Shown here piece by piece: positions 50,917 through 62,690 of a DNA stretch of 64,000 nt. The first letter of the stretch is position 1. The number at the start of each line of letters is the position of its first letter. The notes under the pieces are model-generated. The model was not told the origin of the DNA. It did not search any database and saw only the letters and a list, made by a program, of their open reading frames with translations. The translations under genes and the position numbers were made by a program. The stretch spans positions 88,474,001 to 88,538,000 of the forward strand of contig NC_043005.1 in assembly GCF_006345805.1 (NCBI RefSeq), given 5' to 3'. The stretch comes from Octopus sinensis. Taxonomy: Eukaryota.

Positions 50917-51262
50917 GATGCAACTGTTTTCTGTCCAGCCTATTGACTTAATGTTTGTTGTGATTGTATCAGGAATGAATGGGATAATGAAAAATTATAT
51001 ATTTGTTTTATTTCTTACTTGTTGCAGTCATGTGGCCATGCTGGGGCACTGCTGTGAAGGAATTTCAGACAAATGAAGCAATCCCAGAATTTACCATTTT
51101 CTAAGTCTGGTACTGACAGTTATCGGTCTCTTTTTTTGCTGAACCAGTAAGTTATGGGGATACCGATACCAGTTGGAAAGCAGTGGTGATGGGGTACAAA
51201 CACAGACACAAACACACACGCTCACACATACAGACACACACACTCACATACACACACATATA

Positions 51263-51440
51263 TATTAAGAAAAAGGAGGCAGAATTTTGGATAATTCTTC
51301 ATTAGCACTTTCGTTCGTTTAACTGAAAAACTGAACCAAAGCTTATTTTTGTTCAATGTTTCTTGAAGAGTTTGGTTAAACAAACGAAAGCGCTAATAAA
51401 GAATTGTCCAAAATTCTGACTGCCTCCTTTTTCTTAATAC
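51263..51440. repeat. Fold-back element with a hammerhead-like remnant (family 4)
   Basis: Arms TATTAAGAAAAAGGAGGCAG... / ...CTGCCTCCTTTTTCTTAATA; + strand TTGAAGA-GTTTG..CAAAC-GAAA-GCGC-TA at 51363-51395. Confidence 0.7.
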
Positions 51441-51463
51441 GTGTGTGTGTGTTTGTGTGTATA

Positions 51464-52220
51464 CAGGGAGTGATGGGTAAATTGTCAGCATTTAAAATTT
51501 TTAATTTCGTGCATGAACACTGTTTTTGATTTTGTCAAGTACACAGTACAGTAGGGTCAGTTGGGCACTGTCTGTGAAAAAAACAGCACCCTGATGTAAT
51601 TCAGTCTGCCAGAAATTAGGAAACAACATGCTGTACTGCTTGGCATTCATGCCAAAAGTTCCAATACAAACATTTCAGAGTGTTTGGGTATCAATCTGAG
51701 GATAGTGTAGAGGATTCAGAAAGAGACATTATGCCTGCATTCATATTCCCACGTGGCCTCAGACTCAACATGAAGGCCTACATCAAGTGCTTGAAGGAGA
51801 TAGTGCTGCCCTGGGTCAAGAGGGTGGCTGCTGGAAGACCCTATATCTGGTAACACGACTCTGCCTCATGCCACACAAGCAGGAGGACCAAGTCTTGGAT
51901 GTCAGACAATTCCTGCCACCACATCACCCCTAACTCCCCAGACTGCAACCCCCTAGATTATTATGTGGGGTGCAGTTGAGTGAGAGAGCAATAAAAATTC
52001 CTTGTAACACCAAAGATGAACTGAAGGCAAGGATTATAGCAGAATTCACCAACTTAAAAAACAAAGAGACCATCCAGAAGAACTGCAGTCCATGGTTGAA
52101 ACCGATGGTGATTGTATTGAATAAATTTACTCTTTAGTATTTCAAGATATTTTTATGTAATTTTGGTAAATAGATCTGTTAAAATGAGATGTCAGTGTTG
52201 TTTTCATTTTTGTTTAATTT
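51464..52220 (+). mobile_element. Internally deleted Tc1/mariner DD37D (maT-like) transposon
   Basis: Same family as 8156-8915 (TA|CAGGG start, DSASCH, SPDCNPLDYY); 3' end decayed. Confidence 0.8.
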
Positions 52221-52476
52221 AGACGTAATTTTGACAGTGCACAGCAGTTGTAAATGAGAATCATGCTCTTATCCTTTGCAATATCCTGCAAAAGCATCTC
52301 CAGCTGTGGGGGTGGGGGGGAATATAACCTTGTTTGGAAAGAGGTGAGGGTCGGTGAGAGGAAGGGCATCCAACTTGGAAAAACCTGCCTCAATAAACTC
52401 TGTCCAGCCCATGCAAGCCTGGAAAAGCAAACAATATAATGATGAAGACGATGATGATGATGACGTCTGTACTAAC

Positions 52477-52645
52477 CTGGGTTTAGAAAAAAAATCTGGG
52501 TCAATATCCCATTTGAGTAAAACTGATATTTGCTGGATCAGTTTGAAGAGACTTCCCCACGGATCAGAAACCTGACTTTCTTTTTCTTGCAAACCAACAA
52601 TTAATGGATATTTCTTCATACACTGCTTGGTTGGTGACAAAATAT
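52477..52645 (-). CDS. INTS10: INTS10 exon: (D)ILSPTKQCMKKYPLIVGLQEKESQVSDPWGSLFKLIQQISVLLKWDIDPDFFSKP(R)
   Basis: Human DLMSPSKRSSQKYIIEGLTEKSSQIVDPWERLFKIL; phases 1/2. Confidence 0.95.
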
Positions 52646-52858
52646 CTAAAAAAGGAAATAAAAACTGCATAAGACAAAACTCTTCAAATCTCCACAAGGA
52701 GTGACAGCATTTTTACAATGTTTTACAGAAAGAATAAAATGCTATATGTTGGGCTAGCAGTTCTCAACCATGGCTCCCAGGCCCTCGAGCAGCCCACAAT
52801 CATCCTTGTGGCAGCCCCTGACGGTCTTCCCACCATAAATATAACAAATTTTTCTTTA

Positions 52859-53308
52859 GAAAATTACTATTTTTAAAATTTCACGAGAGATATTCAGCAA
52901 CAGTACTTTGGAGTAAAGATTGGTTGCCAACATAACATGGCAGTCCTGGTTTAGGACAAATGTTGCTGTAATTTAGCCCCAGGAGACATTGTCTCCAGCT
53001 GGCTATACGACATGATCTGTGTTCTTATATTGTCACTTTGAAAACTATATATTTCGAACGGGAATTAGACAGCGCCACCTCTAGCCGAACAATTATTCTG
53101 TGCTGATGAAGAGAAATAACCCAGAAATCGTGATACACAGATATTGTTTTGAGCTGAGTGGGGATGCTAGATTCCCTTGTATGAAAATATAAGGACACAG
53201 ATCATGTCGTATAGCCAGCTGGAGACAATGTCTCCTGGGGCTAAATTACAGCAACATTTGTCCTCAACCAGGACTGCCATGTTATGTTGGCAAACAATCT
53301 TTACTACA
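52859..53308. mobile_element. Fold-back element family X with a hammerhead-like motif in the spacer (53097-53141, + strand)
   Basis: ~130-bp inverted arms; TCTGTG-CTGATGA-AGAGAAATAACCCA-GAAA-TCGTGA-TA-CACAGA. Confidence 0.8.
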
Positions 53309-53721
53309 AATTTTTCTTTATTTATTAGTGTTTTACTTTTTTTAATGTAGCCCCCTAAAAAAATCCAGGTTTTGGATCTGGCCAGAATATTAACAAGTCT
53401 GATAACCACTGCATTGGGTTCTGACAACTTGGTGAGAAGAGTAATGGTAGCACACAAATATCTCTTCAAGTCCTAGGATACACAGAACTGGTTACTGGGT
53501 TTCCAAAGTGGCCAAGGGACCGAGATCACAATATTTTCATTCTGAATGGGACAGGAGTCCATTGCAGGGTTACATATTTACAGCTTAGTGGATAGGAGCA
53601 ACATAAAATGAAGGGACTTGCTGAAGAATACAATGTACAGCTGGTCTGGGAATCGAAACCATGACCTTCCTATCTCGTGACTACAACACCGTGACCACTA
53701 GGCTGGCATGGTCACATTATA

Positions 53722-54095
53722 AATATGGCTGTGTGGTAAGAAGTTTGCTTCTCAGCCATATGGTTCTGGGTTCAGTCCCACTACATGGCATCTTGGGTGT
53801 CTTCTACTATAGCTTTGGGCCAACAAAAGCCTTGTGAATGCATCTGCAGGATGGAAACTAAAAGAAGCCCATCATGTATGTGCATGCGTGAGAATGCCTG
53901 CGTGACTGTTTGTCCCCCACCATTCTTGATAACCAGGGTTGGTGTGTTTACATCCTCATAACTTAGCAGTTCAGCAAAAGGAGCTGACAGAATAAGTTCC
54001 AGGCTTAAAATGAAATAAGTTCTGGAGTCGTTTGGTTTGACTAGAATTCTTCAGGGTGTTGCCCCAGCATGGCCCCAGTGTAATGATTGAGACAA
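53722..54095 (+). mobile_element. SINE family B, near full length
   Basis: Matches the other family-B copies. Confidence 0.8.
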
Positions 54096-55121
54096 GTAAA
54101 AGATAAAAGATATAAATTCTCCCACATGTATTGAGTACTTTCACACCACATCTTAATCTTTATAGCCATAGAGAAAAGGTGAGCTCTGCAAGCTGCAGTG
54201 ATAGCAACCCATCCAGGGGAGCAGTAACTCTGAAGAAGAATCTGCATGGAGGGATTGTGTTGTCTGTGAGCCACAGCAAAGTTAAGTCACCAAGGAGAGC
54301 AGCAGTAAGTCAATAAGCATCTGTTTGCCGGATGGAGGGCAGCAGGCTCCCAAAGGCAGCTTCCTATGCTGAACTGGATCAGAGCAGGCGGAGCTGTGGT
54401 GGCCAGATGTACTGAATAGATATACGAAGAACTCCAGCATCTTCCCTTGACACCCAGGAGAAGACCCTGTAGCAGGATGAATGGCACCGATCACTGAAGC
54501 TCATAATTCCAGCCATTTAGGAGAAACAACAGAGAGACTATGACAGGACACATGAGAGGCGGCACTTCTCCGTTGCGTCAAGTAGTTTCACTTGCAGCAG
54601 ATCAGGAGCAGGCCATGTAGCTCACATGTGAACCTGCCTGCGATGGTTACTAAACAAGAATATGCAACATGTTGACCTACGATGGGCAGAAGCAGGAGAA
54701 AGAAGAGGAGAAGACAATGATGAAATATGGAGAGGAATGAAAACTCCATGAACTACAAGGGAAGTAACTCATGAAGGCGGGCAGCAATTCTGATGATTGT
54801 CAAGTGACAGAGAGAAGAGAAGCTAGTTCGGTCCTGTCAATCAAATTCCTAATAACACAATAAAATTTACTCAGTCCAGTCTACTCGGTAAAGTGGTTGG
54901 CGTTAGGAAGGGCATCCAGCTGTAGAAACCAAGTCAAAACAGACTAAGAAACCTGGTGTGACTCCTGTCAAACCATCCAACCCACACCAGCATGGAAAAC
55001 GAACGTTAAATGATGATGAATGTAAAGAGCAGAAACAAAAGCTGCTGGGCATTTTCTCTGATGCTCTACCAAATCTCTCATTCCATTGCTGTGAAATTAA
55101 AAGAGAAAAATTTCTTCTCAC

Positions 55122-55277
55122 CTGATGAGGATGGAGCCGTACTACATTCTAAAGGGCTTGGTGGTTGTGTGACGTATGAAATATAAAATTGTATTGCTTT
55201 TTGCATCCATGTGTAGAGGTCTGCTGATGTAAAAGACACCCGGCATTTCTGAAGAACCAACGGCAACACATCACATA
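55122..55277 (-). CDS. INTS10: INTS10 exon: (V)CDVLPLVLQKCRVSFTSADLYTWMQKAIQFYISYVTQPPSPLECSTAPSSS(D)
   Basis: Human VCDVLPLII...YLNKAAEFYINYVT; phases 1/1. Confidence 0.95.
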
Positions 55278-55423
55278 CTGAAATGAAGAACAGAAAAGGG
55301 AAAATAATTCAAACATGCTGCATCGTTATTAGTTATTTTAGAGACAAGGATGGATAAACGAATAACAGAATGAAAGAAAGAACCAGAAATAAAATATTGT
55401 TGGCATTGAAAACACCATGCATA

Positions 55424-55773
55424 TCTCTATATATAAACGGCAAAATGTCTGTGTGTGTGTCCTTTATACAAATCCACAATTTTTCCGTTAGAGGGCTCGC
55501 ACTTTCTATGGTCATTCAAAACCGTCCAAGGGTGGTCGTGCACATCTTTACATTTCCCCAGTCACCCCGCAAAGCCATTAAAAATCAATAGAAGTCACTT
55601 TTTTGTGAATTTTCTATCCAAAACCCAATCAAAATGCCCGAAAGTTGATACGCCAATTGAATGCCAGCTAGCTGTATGTGATTGGTCAGAGTTTTGGACA
55701 GTACTCGCGTGTATGTGCGCACGCATGCAGCTGTATATGCATGCACTAACACTTTGCTGGGTCATAGTGCTAG
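55424..55773 (+). mobile_element. Non-autonomous Helitron
   Basis: A|TCTCTATATATAAACGGCA...GTGCTAG|T; same 5' terminus as 33748-34093, different interior. Confidence 0.75.
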
Positions 55774-56610
55774 TAAGTGTTAAAATGATGATGGCAGTGT
55801 TTTTGCTGACCATTCTTCATAACTGGAACTTTGTTGGTTACGGTGACAAGTGTTACAGTTGTTGCAATCAGTGAAACCGATCAGCTGGTCAGCTCATGAA
55901 ATCAACTTGCAAGTGGCTGAGTACTCCACAAACACACATACTCTTAACATAGACCTGGGGGAGATTCAGCATGACACAGAATATGACAAGGGCTGGGCCC
56001 TTCTGAATTACAGGTACAACTCATTTTATCCCCAACTGAGTGGACTGCAGCAACATGAAATAAAGCATCTTGCTGAGGGACACAATCTACTGCTGGGAAT
56101 CGAACCCATGACATGACTGTCATGAGCCGAGTACCCTAACCATTAGTCCATGTGAGTTCCTGACTATTCTTCAAAAGATATCACACAAGAAGACCTTCCC
56201 TGCCAGCCAACCTACAAAGCCACTCCACCACCTCTTATTCTTCTTCTGTACCCTTCATCATGGTTTATATTGGAGACACTTTATGCAACTCCCACTTCTT
56301 TACATTATGCTGGACATGATGACTTCACACCATAAAATCCTGGCTTTGTTTTTACTAAAACTTTAGTTTCTGCTGCTACCTTCACTTCAAGACCTTCCAA
56401 TTCTAGGAGTTACTGCCACATCTGAGATTTCTTCACTAATTCTTCAAAAGATTCAGACTAATGTATCTTTATAGTTCTATATCTAAGAAATGAGGAATTA
56501 TGTACATTATTTACATTTGATGATCACATTTGGAATGCTTTAGATCATTGGTCTGTTCATTATTTACATTTGACAGATATTTGTCCTCATCTTGTTCGAA
56601 ATTTCCCCAA

Positions 56611-56656
56611 GACACCTGATGAAGCCTGGAGGGTATATCAGCCGAAATGTCGTGCT
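56611..56656 (+). ncRNA. Minimal hammerhead motif (family 1, slightly decayed)
   Basis: GACAC-CUGAUGA-AGCCUG..CAGCC-GAAA-UG-UC-GUGCU: GUC triplet, one mismatch each in stems I and II. Confidence 0.55.
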
Positions 56657-57281
56657 AACAACAAACAAGATGATGACAAATATCCGTCAAATGTAAATAA
56701 TGTAATGTATCTTTGTTTCAGAAAGCCATACCATAACAGACCTTGTCAGAGCTGGTGCCACTTGTAAAGTGGTTGGCATTAGGAAGGGCATACAGCCATA
56801 GAAATCATGCTGAAACAGACAATTGGAAACTGTGGCAGCTCTCTAGTCTTGCCAGCTCCTGTCAAACTGTCCAATCCATGCCAGCATGGAAGATGGATGT
56901 GAAATGATGAAAATGATAACAGTGTATGATTTGAAGGAGACTTGGTTGTCATTTCTAGCAAGGGAAGTGACCAGGTAATGACTCTCTCATTGGCTCAGCT
57001 GTTTTAAACCCTATTGTAACAAAGTCGACCGCAGCAGCATTTGAACTCAGAACACTTTTGTAACCTGTTCTCAAGTGAAGAAAATATCAGCTACAAAAGA
57101 TAAGACCTTTGACAAGGAGTGATTAATGGATGAAATGCCATTAAGCATCTTGTCCAGCATGCTAAAGATTCTGCTAGCTTGTCACCTTATGTAGTAGTAG
57201 TAGTAGTAGTAACAATAACAACAACAATAATAATAATAGCAACAACAACAACACTGACAATAATTAAGAAGTTTGACTTAC

Positions 57282-57363
57282 CTAACAATTTCCTGTAACA
57301 ATTAACAGGTGAGGGTACGTTTGTGATTGATTCTGACAAGATCAAAGTTTCTATTAATGTCAA
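57282..57363 (-). CDS. INTS10: INTS10 exon: LTLIETLILSESITNVPSPVNCYRKLL(V)
   Basis: Human ESPVNCFRKLFV; CTGCAG acceptor, GTAAGT donor; phases 0/1. Confidence 0.95.
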
Positions 57364-57869
57364 CTGCAGAGTAAAAGAAACCAAAAAAAAAAGAAAAGAA
57401 AAAACAAGACAGAAGTTTCAATTTCTGAGGACAGAAGTTAAAATGTCACCCCAAAGGTGCAAATGACACCAATAAATACCCTTCACCTACTTCATTCCTA
57501 AACTCATTGATGGCCATCAAACACCTTATAGATATGGTGGCAGGTAAAAAGCACCATTCAAGCATGATTGTTGCCAGTGCCGGCTGACTGGCTCCCATGC
57601 CGGTGGCACGTAAAACACACCATTTGAGCGTGTTTGTTGCCTGTGTTGGCAGAATGGTCCCGTGCCGGTGGCACATAAAAAGTACCGTTCAAACAGTCAA
57701 TGCCAGTGCCGCATGACTGGCTCATGTGCCGGTGGCATGTAAAAAGCATCATTCAAACATGGTTGGTGCCAGCACAGCCTGACTGGCTTCCGTGCTGGTG
57801 GCGTGTAGAAAGCACTATTCAAGCATGGCCAGTGCTGGCTGACTGGTATCAACCATGTTCACCCTCTTA

Positions 57870-58100
57870 TTACTTACTTGGATTTGTGGTGGCCTTCATC
57901 CGAGAGATGGGTTGAGCCAGCTCCAACCAATGAGTTCACCACATCCCTCATGAACGCAAACCACATCCAAGAGTCAGCCCTAACATTCCAGCAGGTAAAG
58001 TAATGCTTCTATTTGTGGCCCAAAAATCTAGCTTGCAGATTTGACAAATGCCCCACAGGGAGAGCAAGCACATCGGATCTAGATGATACGTAATGAGAAC
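57870..58100 (-). mobile_element. Decayed RTE 3' end related to the 36764-37096 insert
   Basis: Shares GCGTTCATGAGGGATG...AGCTGGCTCAACCC...CAAGTAAGT. Confidence 0.55.
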
Positions 58101-59869
58101 AACAACTCCACTGAATCTAATCCACCTGAGTTAATTACCCCCTGACAGTCACCGTATCATCATTATTCAACAACTGGTTTTCCATGCTGGCATGGGTTGG
58201 ATGGTTTGACAGCGACCAGCAAGCTCTGGAGCATATGTTGAGCTCCTATATCATGGTTTCTTTGACCAGATGCCCTTGTCTAATGCCAGCCAGTGCATAC
58301 TGAGTACTTTCTTTATGCCACCTATCCAGTGAGGTCGTCAGGTAACTTGCAAGACGAAGAAAAAAACGAACAGGGAAGAGGAAAACAGAAAAAGCCACTC
58401 CCACCTCAACTAAATGAGAGGAATATTTGAGAGGAGGAGGAGGAGTGGTTTGATGCTAGATGTTGAGAGACTGAAGTAATCCTGCTGGATAAATTCTAAG
58501 TTATTGTATTTATGTGCGACTCACAATTGGCAATTTCAGTGATATACTTATCATGATCATCATCATCATCATTTAATATCTGTTTCCCTTGCTGGCATGG
58601 GTTGGACAGTTTAACAGGAACTGGCCAGCCAAAGGAGCTGCCTAGGCTCCAGTTGTCTGCCCTTCCAAATGCCAACCACTTTACAAAGTGCAATGGGTGT
58701 TCTCTACTTGGCATCAGTACAGGTGCTTTATGTGTGGCACCCAAGCCAGGTGTTTCTTGTGTAGCCCTGGCACAGATGCTTCTTATGTGACTCCAGCATG
58801 GACGCTATGTGGCAAGAATATAAATCTTATAATAGGTAATTCTTTTTAATGGAAATTCTAATTAGATTTATTGGTAGAAATGAAATAAATCTAAGCAGTA
58901 CAAAGCCTCAATGTCAGTGAAATAAAAAATGTAAGCATGTTCTTTGTATAGCCTTGATGTGTTGGAAAACAGAGGAAAAGAGTAGGAATTCCAGAGATTT
59001 CAGTTGTGAGAAGATAGGATTAAGTCAAAATGCATTTCCTCTACAGCAAAATGTCTGTTTCTGTCCCTCTATGATACTTTAATCTTTCATCATTTGGCAT
59101 TAAGCCACCTCCCTCAGCTGAAGGGTGTAGTTTTGCCAGTTACTTGGTGACCTTACACGAGCCAGTGGCACATAAAAAGAAACCAGTAACACTCTGCAAA
59201 GTGGTTGTTGTTAGGAAAAGCATCTGGCCATAGAAACCATGCCAAATCTGACATCAGTGCTTTGCATACTCTTTATGGTTCACCAACTCCTGTTGAACAT
59301 CTGACCCATGCCAGCATGGGAAATCGACTTTAAATCATGATGATGATGATGATGTAGTTACTAATTAATCAAGCATTTCTTAGTTAGCCCACATTATTCC
59401 ATAAGGAGCATAGGGCTAGTTTCCTGGTTTCTCTGGCGTATATATATAATAATTATGAGGGAATATTATTCCTAACTTACAGGGAAAAATTCAATTTAGA
59501 AATACTAAATCAAATTTCACAAAATATAATATATATATATAAATTAGAAAAAAACACCTTTTATCAATTCAAAATGAACAATTAAATTACACCATCTAGA
59601 AAATTACATATAATAGAAATATTAAAATTAAAATAACAATAATATACCAATGATTAAGTAAATTGCAAAATGTGTTTGAATGAACTGGAGTCCCATTCTG
59701 TGAGAGACGTTGCAATCTCAGTTACTTTTACACCCTGGAGACTGGGTCACTGGACCTGTGAGTTGTTGGACTTGAGACAGTAATGTCCAGTCTCAGAGGG
59801 CCAGCAAAGGTCATAGGCACTGCCCCTTCCTACAGTCTTAAGTTAGAAAAATAAAATAAAAGGCCCACA

Positions 59870-60140
59870 ATCACAAAAGTAGATTTTGTTTTTATTAACA
59901 ACATTTTTAAAAGAAAGGAAAACATATTAAAAACATGAAAGATCCAATTGAGGAAAAAAACCCATAACTACCTCACCAAGGAAACAAGGAAAAAAAAAGG
60001 GGGGGAGGGGAATTAAGCAGCAGGAGATGGGAGAGGGAGGGAGTAACAGGTTTTACATTTCGGACCAAATGGTGTATTTAGCTGTACCTTGTGGTCATGA
60101 TTGCAAAAGCATTGCCTTGGAGAATGGCCAGCAACACTCA
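59870..60140 (-). mobile_element. Unclassified repeat related to 27520-27975
   Basis: By-eye alignment of the two loci. Confidence 0.4.
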
Positions 60141-60483
60141 ATGCAACAGCCATAAAAGTAATATAAAAACGTATATATTTGGTGTTGCAAGATTATTAAT
60201 TTTTGCCAGCTGAGTGGACAATAGCAACATGAAATCAAGTGTTTTTCTCAAGAACACAATGCACTGCCACGTCTAGGAACTGAAACCACAATCTTACAAT
60301 TAAGAATGCAACACCCTAACCACTAAGCCATGTGCCTCTACCATGCAACAAGAACGGTAATGAGATTTTTGTATCCACCCCACTAAAACACATTCATTAT
60401 GTATTACAAATGTCTTAACCACACACATGGGTGCACAGTGCACGCCCATCAGTAAAACAAAACAACAAAATCTAGATACGTAC

Positions 60484-60623
60484 CCCTTGTTCCGTAACTA
60501 GATTTGGGAATTTCCTCATGGCCAAAAGCAGAAGTCGGCATTGCTCAAGAATATCACTTATTTTCTTTGCCATACACAGCAACATTCCACACTGGACATT
60601 TGTTGGCACGGCAGCAAATATGT
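60484..60623 (-). CDS. INTS10: INTS10 exon: (D)IFAAVPTNVQCGMLLCMAKKISDILEQCRLLLLAMRKFPNLVTEQG
   Basis: Human LFETLPGRVQCEMLL...MLLLLLRRFPETVVQHG; phases 1/0. Confidence 0.95.
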
Positions 60624-60792
60624 CTGTGAAATAGGAAGACATTTTAAGACTTTAATGACAAAATGGTGAGATGTGCATGAGATTCAGCTGTTATTTCTAG
60701 CAGGTTATGCAAGTATCTTCTACAAAAGCCTCATGGCAACATTAAGCCTTATGAATGAAATTGGTAACTGGAAATTAAAGAAGTCTATCTTA

Positions 60793-61360
60793 TATGTAAC
60801 ATATGGTATAATTATAAGCAGGGCAAATTTTAACCATTTCTCCACAGACTGAAAAAATGATGAACAACCTTAGTCGATTCTCATCACTTTGATAATTTCC
60901 AGAGAAACAAGCAGCCAAACTATTTATATACTCAACAAATGCAGCAGTTACTCTATGAAGGGGGTCCTTCATTTGCATACTGAAAGTGTTTAATACTCTA
61001 TCAATACCATATGGTATAATTATAAACAGGGAAAATTTTAGCCATTTCTCTGCAGACTGAAAAGATGATGAATTATACCATATGTTACATATTTATTATA
61101 CCATACTTTGATACTGTGTGGACTAAGATCTCTGTTGACAGGTCGCTGGTATTTATAGAGAGTTAAACACTTTCGGTATGCAAATTAGGGACTCCTTCAT
61201 AGCGTAACCGCAGTATTTGTTGAGTATATAAAGTTTGGCTTTGTTTCTCTGGAGTCTGTCAGAATGATGTAGATGCTTCTGATGAGAACCCAATAAGGTT
61301 TGAAAATCGATTAAGGTTGTTCATCATTTTTTTCAGTCTGTGGAGAAATAGCTAACATTT
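60793..61360. mobile_element. Penelope-like inverted-repeat element, HHR family 3
   Basis: Imperfect ~190-bp arms (60817-60990 and 61160-61358) with an internal partial duplication; hammerhead core in the right arm. Confidence 0.7.
61266..61325 (+). ncRNA. Minimal hammerhead motif (family 3)
   Basis: CUGAUGA at 61279-61285, stem II GAACC/GGUUU, GAAA, palindromic AAUCGAUU stem III, UUA triplet; stem I weak or interrupted. Confidence 0.6.
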
Positions 61361-61799
61361 GCCCTATCATCATCATCATTTAAGCTCTGTTTTCCCTGCT
61401 GGCATGGATTGGACGGTTTTGACAGGAGTTGGCAAGACTGAGAGTCATACCAGGTTCCATTGTTTGTTTTGGCAGACAATGCCAACCACTTTACAGAGTG
61501 TACTGGATGCTTTTTGCATGGCACCAGTACCAGTGCTTTTGACATAGTACCAACAGAGGGGCTTTTAATGTGGCATCGGTACAGATGCTTTTTACGTGGC
61601 ACTGGCACAAGTAGAAAATTCTTCTGACCCATGTGCGCATGGAAAAGTGGATGTTAAATGACAACGATGACAATGAGTTATGGATAATTCTTTACTCTCA
61701 CTCTTGCTAAAAGACCCATAACGAGCCAGCGCTTGACACATTGGATACCTGCAAGCAACAATGTCGTTCTTTCCTCAATTGTAATATAAAACAAGATAC

Positions 61800-62150
61800 C
61801 AGTGCCGCCTGACTGGCTCCCATGCCAGAGGCATGTAAAAAGCACCATTCAAGCATGGCCGATGCCAGTACCACCGGATTGGCTCTCATGCTGGTGGCAC
61901 ATAAAAAAAACCATTTGAGCATGGTCGATGCCAGTGCTACCTGACTGACCTCCATGCTGGTGGCATGTAAAAAGCACCCACTACACTCTCAGAGTGGTTG
62001 GTGTTAGAAGGGCATCCAGCTGTAGAAACCTTGAACCTTGCTAGATCAGATTGAAGTCTGGTGCAGCCTTCTGGCTTGCCAGTCCTCATTCAAACCGTCC
62101 AACACATGCCAGCATGGAAAACGAACGTTAAATGATGATGATGATGACAA
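61800..62150 (+). mobile_element. RTE-LINE 3' tail copy
   Basis: Tandem units plus tail ending in (GAT)n. Confidence 0.85.
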
Positions 62151-62186
62151 TAATGAAAACCACAAGAACAAAAATAAACGAAATAC

Positions 62187-62290
62187 CTGTGAGTAACTGA
62201 GACTTTGAATCAACGTTATCTGATTGCATAGCTTCTAACATTGATTGCAATTCAGCCCAAAGGTTGGGCTCATGGGGGAAATTTTGAAAC
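62187..62290 (-). CDS. INTS10: INTS10, most 5' coding exon in the window: (x)FQNFPHEPNLWAELQSMLEAMQSDNVDSKSQLLT(D)
   Basis: Human [31 protein letters not shown] acceptor, GTATTT donor; phases 2/1; upstream exons lie outside the window. Confidence 0.9.
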
Positions 62291-62343
62291 CTGCAAATTT
62301 TAAAAACAGATGAACAATCAAATTGTAACAATTTCAATATATT

Positions 62344-62690
62344 TTGTAGTAAACATTGTTTGCCAACATAACATGGCAGCCCTGATTTAGGACTAATGTT
62401 GCTGTAATTTAGCCCCAGAAAGCAGTCTGTGCTGATGAAGAGAAATAACCCAGAAATTGCAATACACAGATATTGTTTTGAGCTGAGTAGGGGTGCTAGA
62501 TTCCCTTGTTTGAAAATATAAGGACACAGATCGTGTTATATAGCCAGCTGGAGATGATGTCTCCTGGGGCTAAATTACAGCAACATTCATCCAAAACCGG
62601 GACTGCCATGTTATGTCAGCAAATAATCTTTACCCCAAAGTACTGTTGCTGAATATCTCATGTTGTGAGATTTAAAAATAGTAATTTTCT
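62344..62690. mobile_element. Fold-back element family X with a hammerhead-like motif (62426-62470, + strand)
   Basis: Same arms and spacer as 52859-53308; stem III reads ATTGCAAT. Confidence 0.8.
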
